DNA of 64,000 nt from Candidatus Parcubacteria bacterium (GCA_027355945.1 DAIEHA010000005.1:3067-67066); one strand, 5' to 3'. Shown: positions 18,932 to 29,144, counted from the stretch's first letter. Notes: generated by a model from the sequence alone, not told the origin. Translations and numbers: made by a program.

Positions 18932-19258
18932 TTAACGTCCCCGTTTCTTTGCTTCCTTTGCTTCCTTTGCTTCCTTTGCTACCGACCTTTTCGTTGTGAA
19001 ACCCGTCCGCCGCGCGATCGATTTCAGGAACCCGAAGATCGCTTCCAGGCGAAATCCCTCCTTCCTCACGCCAGCACGGAGATCGGCGATATCGCTCCGA
19101 AAGAGCCTCGTTTCCTCTTTCAGTTGTCCGGTGATTTCCTTGATGTCCGAAAGGGCCTTTGCAAGATAGATAAGCGCCACCGTGAGCGCGATCGCCACGG
19201 CGATCACCGCGAACGTCGTCACGAAAAAGAATACGTCCGCATGGATCAGCGTGCTCAT
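18932..19258 (-). CDS. DUF948-like small membrane protein with a C-terminal KEAKEAKEAK repeat
   Basis: Single N-terminal TM followed by a helical region. A 9-bp x3 in-frame tandem repeat lies at 18950-18978. Confidence 0.4.
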   Translation of the reverse strand: MSTLIHADVFFFVTTFAVIAVAIALTVALIYLAKALSDIKEITGQLKEETRLFRSDIADLRAGVRKEGFRLEAIFGFLKSIARRTGFTTKRSVAKEAKEAKEAKKRGR

Positions 19259-19280
19259 ATCATGAGTATACCACAGGGCC

Positions 19281-20450
19281 TCATGCGAGACGCAAGCGGT
19301 CGAGGGCCTTCCGCTTATCCTCGAGGGGAAGCTTCGTCTTCCTCACTGCATCGCCGAGCATCGCGATCGTATGATCGTACGTCCTGCGATCCACGGGATA
19401 CGGCGTCGCATCCTTCCCGCCGTGCGCGAAGCTGTATCGTGCGGGATCCTCATATGAAGGAGCTGCGCCATAGATTATCTCGCCGACAAGCGCGAGCGCG
19501 CGGACGGTCTTCGCACCCACACCCTCGGTCGCAAGGAACTTTTCATAGTTTTCCGGCCGCGCATCGGCCACCTTCGAGAGGATCTTCTCGAGATATTTGC
19601 TCTTTGCGAAGTCCTCATGCACCACGGGATGATACGCGAACTCCCTGGTTTCGAGATTGAGGAGCGTGAGCTGCCGTCCCGGCCGCCCATCGCCACCGAT
19701 CTCGATCTTCGCCATCTGCGATAGTCTTGTTGAATATTTCCTGAGGAGCGTGATGTCCTTCATGAGGGTCGCATACCCCGCGTGCACGAGCTCGGTCGAG
19801 ATCTCACGGGAACGATCGCTCTTTGCTGCGCTCATATCGAGCACAGTCTTCAAGGTGATCGACGAGGATATTCCCGAATGAGGGTCCGATACGAGATCGT
19901 TCACGTCCTCGGAGAACCAATGATAGCGACGGGCGGTCCCCGCCTCGGCATTCATCCCCTGCTGCACGACCGCCCAGGCGCCGTTCCGCGAGAAGAAGAA
20001 TGCATGATGGTAGAGCTGGAATCCGTCCTGTACGAGCGCCGAATCGACTTTCGCGCTCATCTTCGAATTGTAAACCAGCCGTTCGGCCTTCGCCGCGGGA
20101 AGCGAAAGATGCTCGCTCCATTGCACGATCTCATCGGGCGCTTTGCGGGAGGTTTTGCCCTTGCCTCCGGCGATCGCAATGCCGAAATCAGCCTCATGTC
20201 CCCGGATCGCCTCTTTGAGCGCGGCGGTGAGGATGGTGGTGAGCCCGCTTGCGTTCCAGTCGAATGCAAGCACCGTGCCGAGGGACTGGAACCACACGGG
20301 GTCCGCGATGCGCGTTATGAACTCATCGGGACCGTACTCCGCAACGAGCACGTACATCATCTCGCGCCCCAGCTTCACCATGCGCTCGAAAAGCCACGGC
20401 GGGCAATGGCCGCTATCCAAACCGAATGAGGCGATGCCACGCTGGATCAT
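19281..20450 (-). CDS. DUF763-family protein (conserved hypothetical)
   Basis: PPWLFERMVKLGREMMYVL...DPVWFQSLGTVLAFDWNASGLTTILTAALKEAI resembles the archaeal/bacterial DUF763 signature. Assigned from memory. Confidence 0.4.
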   Translation of the reverse strand: MIQRGIASFGLDSGHCPPWLFERMVKLGREMMYVLVAEYGPDEFITRIADPVWFQSLGTVLAFDWNASGLTTILTAALKEAIRGHEADFGIAIAGGKGKTSRKAPDEIVQWSEHLSLPAAKAERLVYNSKMSAKVDSALVQDGFQLYHHAFFFSRNGAWAVVQQGMNAEAGTARRYHWFSEDVNDLVSDPHSGISSSITLKTVLDMSAAKSDRSREISTELVHAGYATLMKDITLLRKYSTRLSQMAKIEIGGDGRPGRQLTLLNLETREFAYHPVVHEDFAKSKYLEKILSKVADARPENYEKFLATEGVGAKTVRALALVGEIIYGAAPSYEDPARYSFAHGGKDATPYPVDRRTYDHTIAMLGDAVRKTKLPLEDKRKALDRLRLA

Positions 20451-20476
20451 GCCTCTATTATAGCGCTACGGCTCGT

Positions 20477-21712
20477 TCACCGCTCCGAGTCGTACAATGC
20501 TTGTATCTCCGCAGGCGAAAGGACGCGATTGTACAGGCGTACATCCTGGATCGCGCCACTCGTCACGCCGAATGCATCTTCCCCCATTTCCGGCGTCGTC
20601 GTGGGGGTAACCTGCAGCCCCGCCACCGAGCTTGCGCCGCTTGCCACGGGCACGCCATTCAAATAGATTTCGCGCATCCCGCTTGCACCTCCCGCATATA
20701 CGAACGTGAGGTAATACCAAGTCCCCGCCACAGTGACGCCCCCCATAATATCATCGCTATAAAAGCCCATATAAGGAGTTCCGTTCCGTATCGCAAGATG
20801 GAGACATTCATCCGTCGCCATCGTGGTGCAAACGCCGAAAATACCGTTATCTTGTTTTAATAATGACTGGTTCATCCATCCTGCCACGGTGAATGGAGCG
20901 GCATTCACGAATATATTCGTGACGAGCGGCGGGGTTATATAATCCGTGCTCCCATCGAATTCCCCCGCATAATTCTGGTGGAGGCCTGCATTGTAATACG
21001 TACCATTCGCCCCGATCTGGCTCCCCGTCCACGTTCCATTATTCCCGTTCCCCGAAAGATCGAGGGCGACCGTGCCGGTGCCTTCATTGAGCGGCCAATA
21101 CCCTACGAGGCCCTGGGGGTCATAGAGCGCAGAAAGGCCCGGAGTGCCGCCGTTCAGGACCTCCGGGAAAAGGGATATCTCGGGGTTCGCCCCATAGGTT
21201 CCTTTATACTTGCTCGATTCAAGGATTGCCGTGACCTGGAACTGGGTGCCGTTCGTATTATACGCATAAAAAAGGTCCGAGGAGGAGGAATTCACCGGGT
21301 CCACGGGAAGCGACCCAAGAGGACTTCCCGCGTTCATCGTCTTGAAATCGACGGGGATCCATCCTGAGGATGCGATCGTGCGGTATGCGGAAGGAGTACT
21401 GCAGGTCCAGGAACCTGTGCCCAATGACGGCATACCAAGGGAACCGCAGGTGCTTGAACTATTGGGGTCGGGAATGCTCGCATAGGTCTCGGTCGTCGTA
21501 CCGAGGGAGAATGAGGCTGCACCCGTCTGATCCGTGACATACAAGGAAAGGGCGGAGTTCAGGGTTGCCATGTCGGACACCCGGTTCGCATCCCGGCTTT
21601 GCGCAAGCAATTGGGCGGGGTTCAGGACGAGGACCACGACGACCGCGAGGATCGCGATGATCGCGATCACGACGAGAAGCTCGATGAGGGTGAAGGCCCT
21701 GCGGGGATGCAT
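20477..21712 (-). CDS. Type IV pilin-like protein with C-terminal LamG/concanavalin-A-like lectin domain (paralog 1)
   Basis: Prepilin N-terminal motif RRAFTLIELLVVIAIIAILAVVVV (cleavage/methylation type). C-terminus ...GDEYFKG-like LamG ending in VRLYNRVLSPAEIQALY. Confidence 0.75.
   Translation of the reverse strand: MHPRRAFTLIELLVVIAIIAILAVVVVLVLNPAQLLAQSRDANRVSDMATLNSALSLYVTDQTGAASFSLGTTTETYASIPDPNSSSTCGSLGMPSLGTGSWTCSTPSAYRTIASSGWIPVDFKTMNAGSPLGSLPVDPVNSSSSDLFYAYNTNGTQFQVTAILESSKYKGTYGANPEISLFPEVLNGGTPGLSALYDPQGLVGYWPLNEGTGTVALDLSGNGNNGTWTGSQIGANGTYYNAGLHQNYAGEFDGSTDYITPPLVTNIFVNAAPFTVAGWMNQSLLKQDNGIFGVCTTMATDECLHLAIRNGTPYMGFYSDDIMGGVTVAGTWYYLTFVYAGGASGMREIYLNGVPVASGASSVAGLQVTPTTTPEMGEDAFGVTSGAIQDVRLYNRVLSPAEIQALYDSER
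21540..21712. repeat. Conserved 5' pilin cassette, copy 1 of 3 (near-identical DNA across three paralogs)
   Basis: ggcggggttcaggacgag..gatcgcgatgatcgcgatcacgacgagaagctcgatgagggtgaaggccct is shared with 22795-22965 and 37455-37628. Confidence 0.8.
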
Positions 21713-21771
21713 GGATTAATGATACCAGATACGAGGAACGCCTGGAAAAATGCGGGAGGATCTCCTCTCCC

Positions 21772-22965
21772 TTATTTCTCGGCGTTATAGAGCGCCATGA
21801 TCTCCGCGGGAGAGAGAACACGGCTATAGACACTCGCATCTTGGATAAGGCCCGTGAAATTCTGCCCCGGCGCATTGGCATAGCCGATCTGCAGATTGAC
21901 GGACTGATTTGATATCGTAAAATTCGTCGTCATCGAGAGAACGCCGTCCACATAGCAAAGCGTCCCATTCGTCACGCCGCTCATGAAACTGCAGGCAACG
22001 AAATGCCATTTGCCGTCGGCAAGATTGATGCCACTGCTGCGCCATCCTCCGCCACTCCAATCGTATATGCTGAAAATATTGCCATCAAGGAACATTGCAT
22101 ACGCGTTTTGTTTTGCAATAATGCCGGCGACGGAGCTCGCCCCCGCATTGGAAGTCTTTATCCATGCGGCCATGGTGCCGTTTGAGAGCTGCACATCGGC
22201 CGCATTCCCTACATCGACATAATCGGTCGCCGTGGCATTGAACGTCCCCGCCCATGCCTGGTTCAGACCGGGAGAATAATAACCGGAAGTTCCCGTAGGG
22301 GTGCCGTACCATGTTCCGGTGTTCCCGTTCCCTGACTGATCGAACGCCGTGGTGCTCGTCCCTTCGTCGAGAGACCATGATCCCACCGGTCCCGCACCGG
22401 CCGCGGGTCCCTGGACATCGATACCGCTGCCGAGGGATCCGGATACGATATTCTGATACTTCTGCGATTCCATCCTCGCAAGGATCTCGAAGGGGGTCCC
22501 TAGAGATTCGTACATATAATAGAGGCCGGAGGAGGAGGAATTCACGGGATCGAGGGGAAGGGAGCCAAAGGGAGACCCCGAAGAGATATTCTTGAAATCG
22601 ATAGGGATCCATCCCGTGCCGTTCGCACTCCGGGACGCCGTACTGCTCACGCAGGAGAATCCCGCAGGCAGTCCGATGTTCGCACAAGTGCTCGTCGTAT
22701 CGGGAAGGGAAACATAGACGAGGGAAGAAGTCCCGAGGAAAAAGCTCGAGGCACCCGATTGATCGGTAGTATAGAGATTGATGGCGCTCGCGAGCGTCGC
22801 CATATCGGACATCCGGTTCGCATCCCGGCTTTGGGCAAGAAGCTGGGCGGGGTTCAGGACGAGCACCACGACGACTGCGAGGATCGCGATGATCGCGATC
22901 ACGACGAGAAGCTCGATGAGGGTGAAGGCCCTGCGGGGGTACGAAGGGTTCCGTGATATCATCAT
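21772..22965 (-). CDS. Type IV pilin-like protein with C-terminal LamG-like domain (paralog 2)
   Basis: Same N-terminal prepilin segment. C-terminus ends VYSRVLSPAEIMALYNAEK. It lies in tandem with paralog 1. Confidence 0.75.
   Translation of the reverse strand: MMISRNPSYPRRAFTLIELLVVIAIIAILAVVVVLVLNPAQLLAQSRDANRMSDMATLASAINLYTTDQSGASSFFLGTSSLVYVSLPDTTSTCANIGLPAGFSCVSSTASRSANGTGWIPIDFKNISSGSPFGSLPLDPVNSSSSGLYYMYESLGTPFEILARMESQKYQNIVSGSLGSGIDVQGPAAGAGPVGSWSLDEGTSTTAFDQSGNGNTGTWYGTPTGTSGYYSPGLNQAWAGTFNATATDYVDVGNAADVQLSNGTMAAWIKTSNAGASSVAGIIAKQNAYAMFLDGNIFSIYDWSGGGWRSSGINLADGKWHFVACSFMSGVTNGTLCYVDGVLSMTTNFTISNQSVNLQIGYANAPGQNFTGLIQDASVYSRVLSPAEIMALYNAEK
22795..22965. repeat. Conserved 5' pilin cassette, copy 2 of 3
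   Basis: See 21540-21712. Confidence 0.8.
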
Positions 22966-22997
22966 CTAATTTTATCAAATCAACCGCCTCCTCCTTC

Positions 22998-24407
22998 CTA
23001 TTTTTCCTCGAGAAGCCTCACGAGAAGCCGTACGGGCGTACCCAATCCTCCCTTCGCGAGCCATTCCTCATCGATCGCCGTCATCCGCGGCGCGATATCC
23101 AGGTGGACCCAGGGATAGCATTGGTTTCCTTTCGCATCCTTCGTGAACTGCCACAGGAATGTGGCGGCGGTACTGGCTCCCCCTCCCGCACCCGATTTTC
23201 CGGCGTTCGCCCAATCGGCGAACGTCCCTTTGATGTCATTCTCATAATCCGCGGAAAGCGGCAAGGGCCAGACCGGATCCGCCACGGCATCCCCGAGTGC
23301 CCGGAAGCGCTCTTCCAGTTCCTTGTCGGAGGTGAAGAGGCCCGTATAACGGAGGCCGAGCGCCGCCATTGCGGCGCCCGTCAGGGTCGCCACATCCACG
23401 ACGAGCGACGGCTCATATCGCTTCGCATATTCAAGGGCGTCGGAAAGGATCACGCGACCTTCCGCATCCGTGTTCAGTATTTCGATCGTCTTGCCGTTCA
23501 TGGTGCGAAGGATGTCGCCAGGACGATAACTTGAACCCGACGGCATGTTCTCCACTGCCGGAACGAGCGCGACGATGTTTTTCTTCATGCCAAGCCGTAC
23601 CGCTGCCGCAAGCGAATGAAGCACGGCTGCACCGCCACTCATATCCATATGCATCTCATAGATATGCTCGGTACTTTTCAGATTAAGTCCTCCCGTATCG
23701 AAGGTCACGCCTTTGCCCACAAGGACCACCGGCCGCTCCCCTTTCCTTCCCGCCATATATTCAAGGATGATGAATCGCGGCGCCACGGCGGACCCTCGGC
23801 CCACGCCGAGCACGCCGCCCATGCCGAGCCGCTCCATTTGCGCGACGCCCAGCACCGTGGCCTTCACGCCCTTGCCGAGAGTGCGTGCAAGCGAAACCGC
23901 ATGCCGCGCAAGGACATCGGGCGTCATATCGCCACCAGGGACGTTCTGCAGCCTGCGGCACTCGTTGGTTTCCTCCCCTATCACAAGACCCCGCTTCAGA
24001 CCTCCGGCCGCCGCACGGCGGACGCCCTCCGGGGCATCCTTCGGAAGCACGAACTCGACGCCCTGCAGCATCATGGACATCGACGGGGTGGGCGTCCGAT
24101 ATTCGCGATACTCGAAATTCGCCATTGCGATGTTCGCCGCAGCCGTCTCATAGCGATCGCCCGCATCCGCATCCACATCCGCATCCGCACCGCCACGCCG
24201 CGCCTCCGGGATCGCTTCGAAGGAAACGCGCCCGATGCGTTCGCGCATGGCCGTCCGCACCGCCGCGCGATATGCGATCGCGAATTTTTTCATCGGGACG
24301 CCCGATGCGTGCCATTCCTTGGAAACTCCGATGGCGATCAAACGACGTCCGCGGGATGGCAATACGAAGGTCTTTATCTCCCCTTCCCTCAATGCGAGCT
24401 CTTTCAT
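22998..24407 (-). CDS. pepA: Leucyl aminopeptidase (M17 family)
   Basis: M17 signature NTDAEGRVILSDALEYA. Start set at MKELALREG (the ATG at 24407). The ORF extends to 24554. Confidence 0.8.
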   Translation of the reverse strand: MKELALREGEIKTFVLPSRGRRLIAIGVSKEWHASGVPMKKFAIAYRAAVRTAMRERIGRVSFEAIPEARRGGADADVDADAGDRYETAAANIAMANFEYREYRTPTPSMSMMLQGVEFVLPKDAPEGVRRAAAGGLKRGLVIGEETNECRRLQNVPGGDMTPDVLARHAVSLARTLGKGVKATVLGVAQMERLGMGGVLGVGRGSAVAPRFIILEYMAGRKGERPVVLVGKGVTFDTGGLNLKSTEHIYEMHMDMSGGAAVLHSLAAAVRLGMKKNIVALVPAVENMPSGSSYRPGDILRTMNGKTIEILNTDAEGRVILSDALEYAKRYEPSLVVDVATLTGAAMAALGLRYTGLFTSDKELEERFRALGDAVADPVWPLPLSADYENDIKGTFADWANAGKSGAGGGASTAATFLWQFTKDAKGNQCYPWVHLDIAPRMTAIDEEWLAKGGLGTPVRLLVRLLEEK

Positions 24408-24574
24408 AACGCCTCCCGACGAGAGATATTCCTTTTCGTTCCCGTCACAATGATCCCAGAGGACCGATCGTTTAATCCCGAGCGCCTCGGAAAGGAATAT
24501 CGCGAACGCCGCATCCTTGCGCGGCGTGTCTGACAATGAGAGGGAGAATGCCATGGATGAATTATATGATGTGG

Positions 24575-24865
24575 TTATGCAAGATTTTTAAGATAATACT
24601 CATCCGTTTCATTATGGTGGCCGAGGATGCCGAGCTCCTTGAGCCTTCGGATCGCTTCCATGAAAGCGGCCGATGCTATTGGCGGCGATTTTTTATCCTC
24701 TTCAAGGACCTCCCTCAACGCGTCGAGCGTGAACGGACCCCTGCTCAGAGGATGGATGCCGTTTTCGAGGAAGTTCCCTATCTCTGCGAGCGCAAAATCC
24801 GCGTCAGTGATCGTCTCCTGCGGCTTCTCTTCTTCGAACCTGCCTTCAGGGGGGGTTTCCGCCAT
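24575..24865 (-). CDS. Hypothetical small acidic protein
   Basis: ORF only. No motif recognised. Confidence 0.25.
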   Translation of the reverse strand: MAETPPEGRFEEEKPQETITDADFALAEIGNFLENGIHPLSRGPFTLDALREVLEEDKKSPPIASAAFMEAIRRLKELGILGHHNETDEYYLKNLA

Positions 24866-24911
24866 ACCATTAAGGATATCCCGAATGGATGCAATCCGGC
24901 AACTCCGTGCG

Positions 24912-25994
24912 TCAAAGAAGACCGTGGACGTCGCGGATGGTGAGCGCGATCATAAGTGCGAGAAGGAGCGCAAAGCCTATTCCATTCACCCACGCCTCGA
25001 TCGCGTACGGCAGCGGGGAGCGCTTCATTTTTTCGATGAGAATGACCACGAAACGGCCTCCATCGAGCGCGGGAAATGGTATGCAGTTCACCACCATGAG
25101 ATTGAGGGATATGACGCCGATGAACTGGAGAAGGTATGCAAGGCCTATCTTGCCCGTCTCCTCGGCCACGGAGAAGATGCCTACGGGGCCTACGATGCCG
25201 GAAGGGATCGATGCCTTCGTGAAGACCTGGCTGATGAGCTGTCCGAAGGCCTGTACGGTGAGAACGCTCACATTCCACGCCGCGATAAGACCGTCACGAA
25301 GCGCCGCGAAGAACCCCTCGCTTGCCGCGCCCCCCTCTTCAAGCGCCACGCCGATCGCGCCCTGGTTGGGGCCGACATTGGTCCTGGGGGTGAGCGTGAA
25401 ATCAATCTCCTTGTCGTTCCTGAGCACGGCGACGTTCACGGTGGAACCTTTATGCGCATCGATATATGCGATGAACGCCTGGGCGCCCGTGTATCCTTTT
25501 ATGATATCGCCCGGTTGCAACCCCGCAGCGGCAGCCGGAGATCCCGGTTCCGTGCCGGCGACAACGAGCGTCTGGGGCACCCCCACCATGAACACGATGG
25601 AAATGAAAAGCCATCCAAGGATGAAGTTCGTGAATACGCCGGCGAGGATGATGACGCTCTTCTTCCATGCGGGCTGCGAATAGAACCTGCGGGAATCGTC
25701 CACCTGCACCGCGGCAGTGTCCGCAACGGCGTCCGTTGCGGCGTGGTTCGCATTTTCCCCGTCGACCACCGCGAACTCCCCCCGCTCGCCCGCGATCTTT
25801 ACGAATCCGCCGAATGGAAGCCAATTGATGCTGTATTCCGTATCGCCGATCTTCTTGGCGGCGATGCGTGGCGGAAACCCGAATCCGAACTCGTCCACTT
25901 GGAGCCCGAACATCTTTGCCGCAAAGAAATGCCCCGCCTCGTGTCCGAGGATGAGGAGCGAAAGTCCTATGATTACGATGATGGCGATCAGCAT
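24912..25994 (-). CDS. rseP: RIP metalloprotease RseP (site-2 protease, M50) with PDZ domain
   Basis: HEAGHFFAAKMFG zinc motif, a PDZ region, and a C-terminal membrane LDGG motif. Confidence 0.85.
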   Translation of the reverse strand: MLIAIIVIIGLSLLILGHEAGHFFAAKMFGLQVDEFGFGFPPRIAAKKIGDTEYSINWLPFGGFVKIAGERGEFAVVDGENANHAATDAVADTAAVQVDDSRRFYSQPAWKKSVIILAGVFTNFILGWLFISIVFMVGVPQTLVVAGTEPGSPAAAAGLQPGDIIKGYTGAQAFIAYIDAHKGSTVNVAVLRNDKEIDFTLTPRTNVGPNQGAIGVALEEGGAASEGFFAALRDGLIAAWNVSVLTVQAFGQLISQVFTKASIPSGIVGPVGIFSVAEETGKIGLAYLLQFIGVISLNLMVVNCIPFPALDGGRFVVILIEKMKRSPLPYAIEAWVNGIGFALLLALMIALTIRDVHGLL

Positions 25995-25996
25995 GG

Positions 25997-26557
25997 TTAT
26001 TCTCCGAGTTCCGCGATCTTGCCCTTCAGCAAGGTCTCGATCTCGGTATTCGCTTTATCCGTCGATTTCTGTGCTTTCTCCCGGCCCTTGAATTCGTCAT
26101 CCTCGGTGATGGCACTCGTTCCTTTTGCGTCCTTCAGGCGCCTCATCGCATCCTCGCGCCGCGCGCGGACCTGGATGCGTGCGGCCTCCGCCATCTTACC
26201 CACGAGCTTTCCGAGCTCATCCCGCCGCTCATCGCCGAGCGGCGACAGGGTGCACCGGATGTTCTGCCCGTCGTTCGATGTCGAAAGGCCGAGATGCGAT
26301 CCCTCGATGGCCTTCATGATCGGGGCGATCGCGGCCGAGTCCCATACGGAGATCTGGATCGTGCGCGGAGGGAGCACGGAAAGCGAGCCGAGCTCGCGGA
26401 TGGAGAGCATTTGATCGTACATGGAGATGCGGATGTCTTGCACCATGTCGGGCGACGGCTTGTTCCCCCGGATCTGGGCGAAATCCTGCTTGATCTTTCC
26501 CGTTATGCCCGCAAGGGCAGACTCGAGGTCTTTCACTATCTCTTCGGTGATGGTCAT
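25997..26557 (-). CDS. frr: Ribosome recycling factor
   Basis: Full-length RRF-like sequence (...IRGNKPSPDMVQDIRISMYDQMLSIRELG...). Confidence 0.9.
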   Translation of the reverse strand: MTITEEIVKDLESALAGITGKIKQDFAQIRGNKPSPDMVQDIRISMYDQMLSIRELGSLSVLPPRTIQISVWDSAAIAPIMKAIEGSHLGLSTSNDGQNIRCTLSPLGDERRDELGKLVGKMAEAARIQVRARREDAMRRLKDAKGTSAITEDDEFKGREKAQKSTDKANTEIETLLKGKIAELGE

Positions 26558-26588
26558 AAGTTATGTGTGATGGACCGACCCGAATATT

Positions 26589-27452
26589 CTAACGCATAAG
26601 CGCCTCAAGCTGCAATCGAGGGTTGAGCGGGAAATTCCCGGCATTCTCCGAGAGGCGGAGCGCCTTATGCCATAACGCCGCAGGAGCCGGGTCCTTCGAT
26701 GCGAGGACGACCGTAATCGCCTCGAGGAATTTCCGAAGGCTGAAATCATCCGGCTCGATCAACTTTTTTATAAGATCCTTCCGCGATGCCGCGGGAGCCG
26801 CAAGAAAGCGCTCGGCCTGTTCGAGCTCCGCGCGGAACTGTGCGTCATGCATGAAACGCCACGCAAGACCCGGTTTTCCCCTGGCGCGCGCCGCACACGA
26901 GGCCGCATCCGCAATCGCGGCATCCCCCGTCCCCGCAAGCCATTCCTGTATCGCGCTTCCCGGTACGGTGCCGAAATATACTTCCGGAAGACGCGAGCGG
27001 ATCGTTCCGAGGATCGCATCGGGATCGGAAGTGACAAGGAGGAGGAGCGATGATGCGGGCGGTTCCTCGGTCATTTTGAGAAGCGCGTTCTGCGCCTCCG
27101 TGGTGAGAGTGTCGGCATTATCCACGATCACGGTCCGTCGCGAACTTACGTTCGGCCGCTGCCACAGGAATCCCTTTATCTCGCGTACGGCATCGATGCC
27201 GATCGATTCGCCGCGCGCATCAGGATCGAGCATCCGCACGAAGGAACTGTCGATCATCTTGAGGTCCTGAAGCACTTCGTTCTCCGTCGGCGCCTCGAAA
27301 CGCCCCTTCTCAAGGAACTTCCCGAATGCCTGTGCGATCGTCCGCTTTCCGACCATCGAAGGCCCGGAAAGGATATAGCCGTGCCCCAGCGCACCCGATC
27401 CCGCAAGCCGTTCCATGTCGCCGACCGTCCGGTCGTGGCCTATGATCCCCAT
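26589..27452 (-). CDS. holB: DNA polymerase III delta' subunit
   Basis: GHGYILSGPSMVGKRTIAQAF...TVIVDNADTLTTEAQNALLKMTEEPP clamp-loader motifs. Confidence 0.7.
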   Translation of the reverse strand: MGIIGHDRTVGDMERLAGSGALGHGYILSGPSMVGKRTIAQAFGKFLEKGRFEAPTENEVLQDLKMIDSSFVRMLDPDARGESIGIDAVREIKGFLWQRPNVSSRRTVIVDNADTLTTEAQNALLKMTEEPPASSLLLLVTSDPDAILGTIRSRLPEVYFGTVPGSAIQEWLAGTGDAAIADAASCAARARGKPGLAWRFMHDAQFRAELEQAERFLAAPAASRKDLIKKLIEPDDFSLRKFLEAITVVLASKDPAPAALWHKALRLSENAGNFPLNPRLQLEALMR

Positions 27453-27459
27453 GATGCGG

Positions 27460-28467
27460 CTATCGCTTATTGAGCAGGGTCCTCTTGTAGGTGTCGAGAT
27501 GGTTCAGGATGAGCCCCGTCCCCTTGGCCACGCAGAAAAGCGGATCTTCGGCGACATATGCCTGCACGCCAAGGAAGCGCTCGAAAAACTCGGGAAGATG
27601 ATGGAGCTGCACCGAACCCCCCGAAAGGATGATGCCCTTTTCCATAATGTCCGCCACAAGCTCGGGCGGGGTCACGTTGAACACGTTCTGGACCGAGGTC
27701 GCGATATCGATGAGGAGCGGATTGAGCGCCTCGGCGATCTCGTTCGAATTGATGACGATATCCTTCGGAAGTCCCGTGACGAGATCGCGGCCGCGGATCT
27801 GATATTCCATCTTCTCCTTCGTGGGCATCGCCGAACCGATCTCGATCTTCACCTGCTCCGCCGTCTGCTCACCGATCGCAAGCGCATACTTCTTCTTCAC
27901 ATAATCCATGATCGCCTGATCGAACTTGTTGCCGGCGATGCGAAGCGAGTTCCAAGAGACGATATTGCCGAGCGCGATCACCGCCTGCTCGCTCGTGCCG
28001 CCGCCGATATTGATGATCATATTGCCCGATCGCGCATTGATCGGGATGCCGGCGCCGAGCGCCGCAAGGATCGGTTCACGCACAATGAACGCATTGCCCG
28101 CACCCGCCTCGCGCGCGGCGTTCATCACGGCACGCCGTTCGGTCTGCGTGATACCGGCGGGTACCGAGATCACCACATCGGGCTTCACGATATTGAACCA
28201 TCCGGAGGCCTTGCTGATAAAGTAGGTCAGCATCGCCTTCGTGATGTAATAATCCGCGATCACGCCCTCCTTGAGGGGGCGATATGCCACGATCTCGTCG
28301 GGGGTGCGTCCGATCATCTCCTTCGCTTCAAGGCCTACCGCAAGTACGCCGTTATCCGGCTTTGTGAGCGCCACAATAGTGGGCTCATTGATGATAAAAC
28401 CCCTCCCTGGCACGAAGACCACGGTGTTCGCAGTACCAAGGTCAATGCCGATTTTCTTTCCGAACAT
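27460..28467 (-). CDS. mreB: Rod shape-determining protein MreB
   Basis: IGIDLGTANTVVFVPGRGFIINEPTIVAL... actin-like ATPase motifs throughout. Confidence 0.9.
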   Translation of the reverse strand: MFGKKIGIDLGTANTVVFVPGRGFIINEPTIVALTKPDNGVLAVGLEAKEMIGRTPDEIVAYRPLKEGVIADYYITKAMLTYFISKASGWFNIVKPDVVISVPAGITQTERRAVMNAAREAGAGNAFIVREPILAALGAGIPINARSGNMIINIGGGTSEQAVIALGNIVSWNSLRIAGNKFDQAIMDYVKKKYALAIGEQTAEQVKIEIGSAMPTKEKMEYQIRGRDLVTGLPKDIVINSNEIAEALNPLLIDIATSVQNVFNVTPPELVADIMEKGIILSGGSVQLHHLPEFFERFLGVQAYVAEDPLFCVAKGTGLILNHLDTYKRTLLNKR

Positions 28468-28671
28468 GATGAGTATTTTACGCGAAAATCAAGGGAAAAG
28501 CAAAGATATAGATAAAATCGGGGCCGCCCATGATAGAGGCGGCCCCAGTGGAGGATACCGGCAATGATCGCCATCATTGCCTCTGCATGCTTCCTCAAGC
28601 ATACCCGGAACGGCGCAAAATGAAAAGTCCGCACGCATTGCGTACGGACCTGCTGCCTCATCTGAAAATCC

Positions 28672-29076
28672 CTATGTGCCGATCGCCTTTTCCACGAGCG
28701 CATCGCGGTGCATCCCTACCTGGGCGACCTTCCCTTCGATGAGCGCGCGTGCGGCATCGAGTGGTACCGGGATATACCGTGTGCGCGGATACGAGTCATA
28801 TTTGGGGATGAAGAACTCCCCTGACCTCACCACGCAATCCGCGATGAGCGATTCGCAATCCGCGATCGATCCCGTGTAGAGCGATCCGAGCTCCTGCCTC
28901 CTCTGCTCGCTATCCGTGAAGAAAAGGCAGAAGAGCGGTCCCGGGATGCTTGATTTCGACTCGTACCCTACAAGCACCGCACGAGGATGATAGTATGCCT
29001 TGGCGATCTGATAATCGACCTCAGCGGAGATGGCAATGACCCCATTGGCGACGCAGCGGCGGACGTTCGGCTTCAT
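28672..29076 (-). CDS. Hypothetical protein
   Basis: ORF located between murA and mreB. No motif recognised. Confidence 0.3.
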   Translation of the reverse strand: MKPNVRRCVANGVIAISAEVDYQIAKAYYHPRAVLVGYESKSSIPGPLFCLFFTDSEQRRQELGSLYTGSIADCESLIADCVVRSGEFFIPKYDSYPRTRYIPVPLDAARALIEGKVAQVGMHRDALVEKAIGT

Positions 29077-29144
29077 ATGGAAACTCTCCCTTTGATGAAC
29101 TGCGGAGGATTATACCTTTTTTGAGGCGCTCTGTAAAACTTCTC

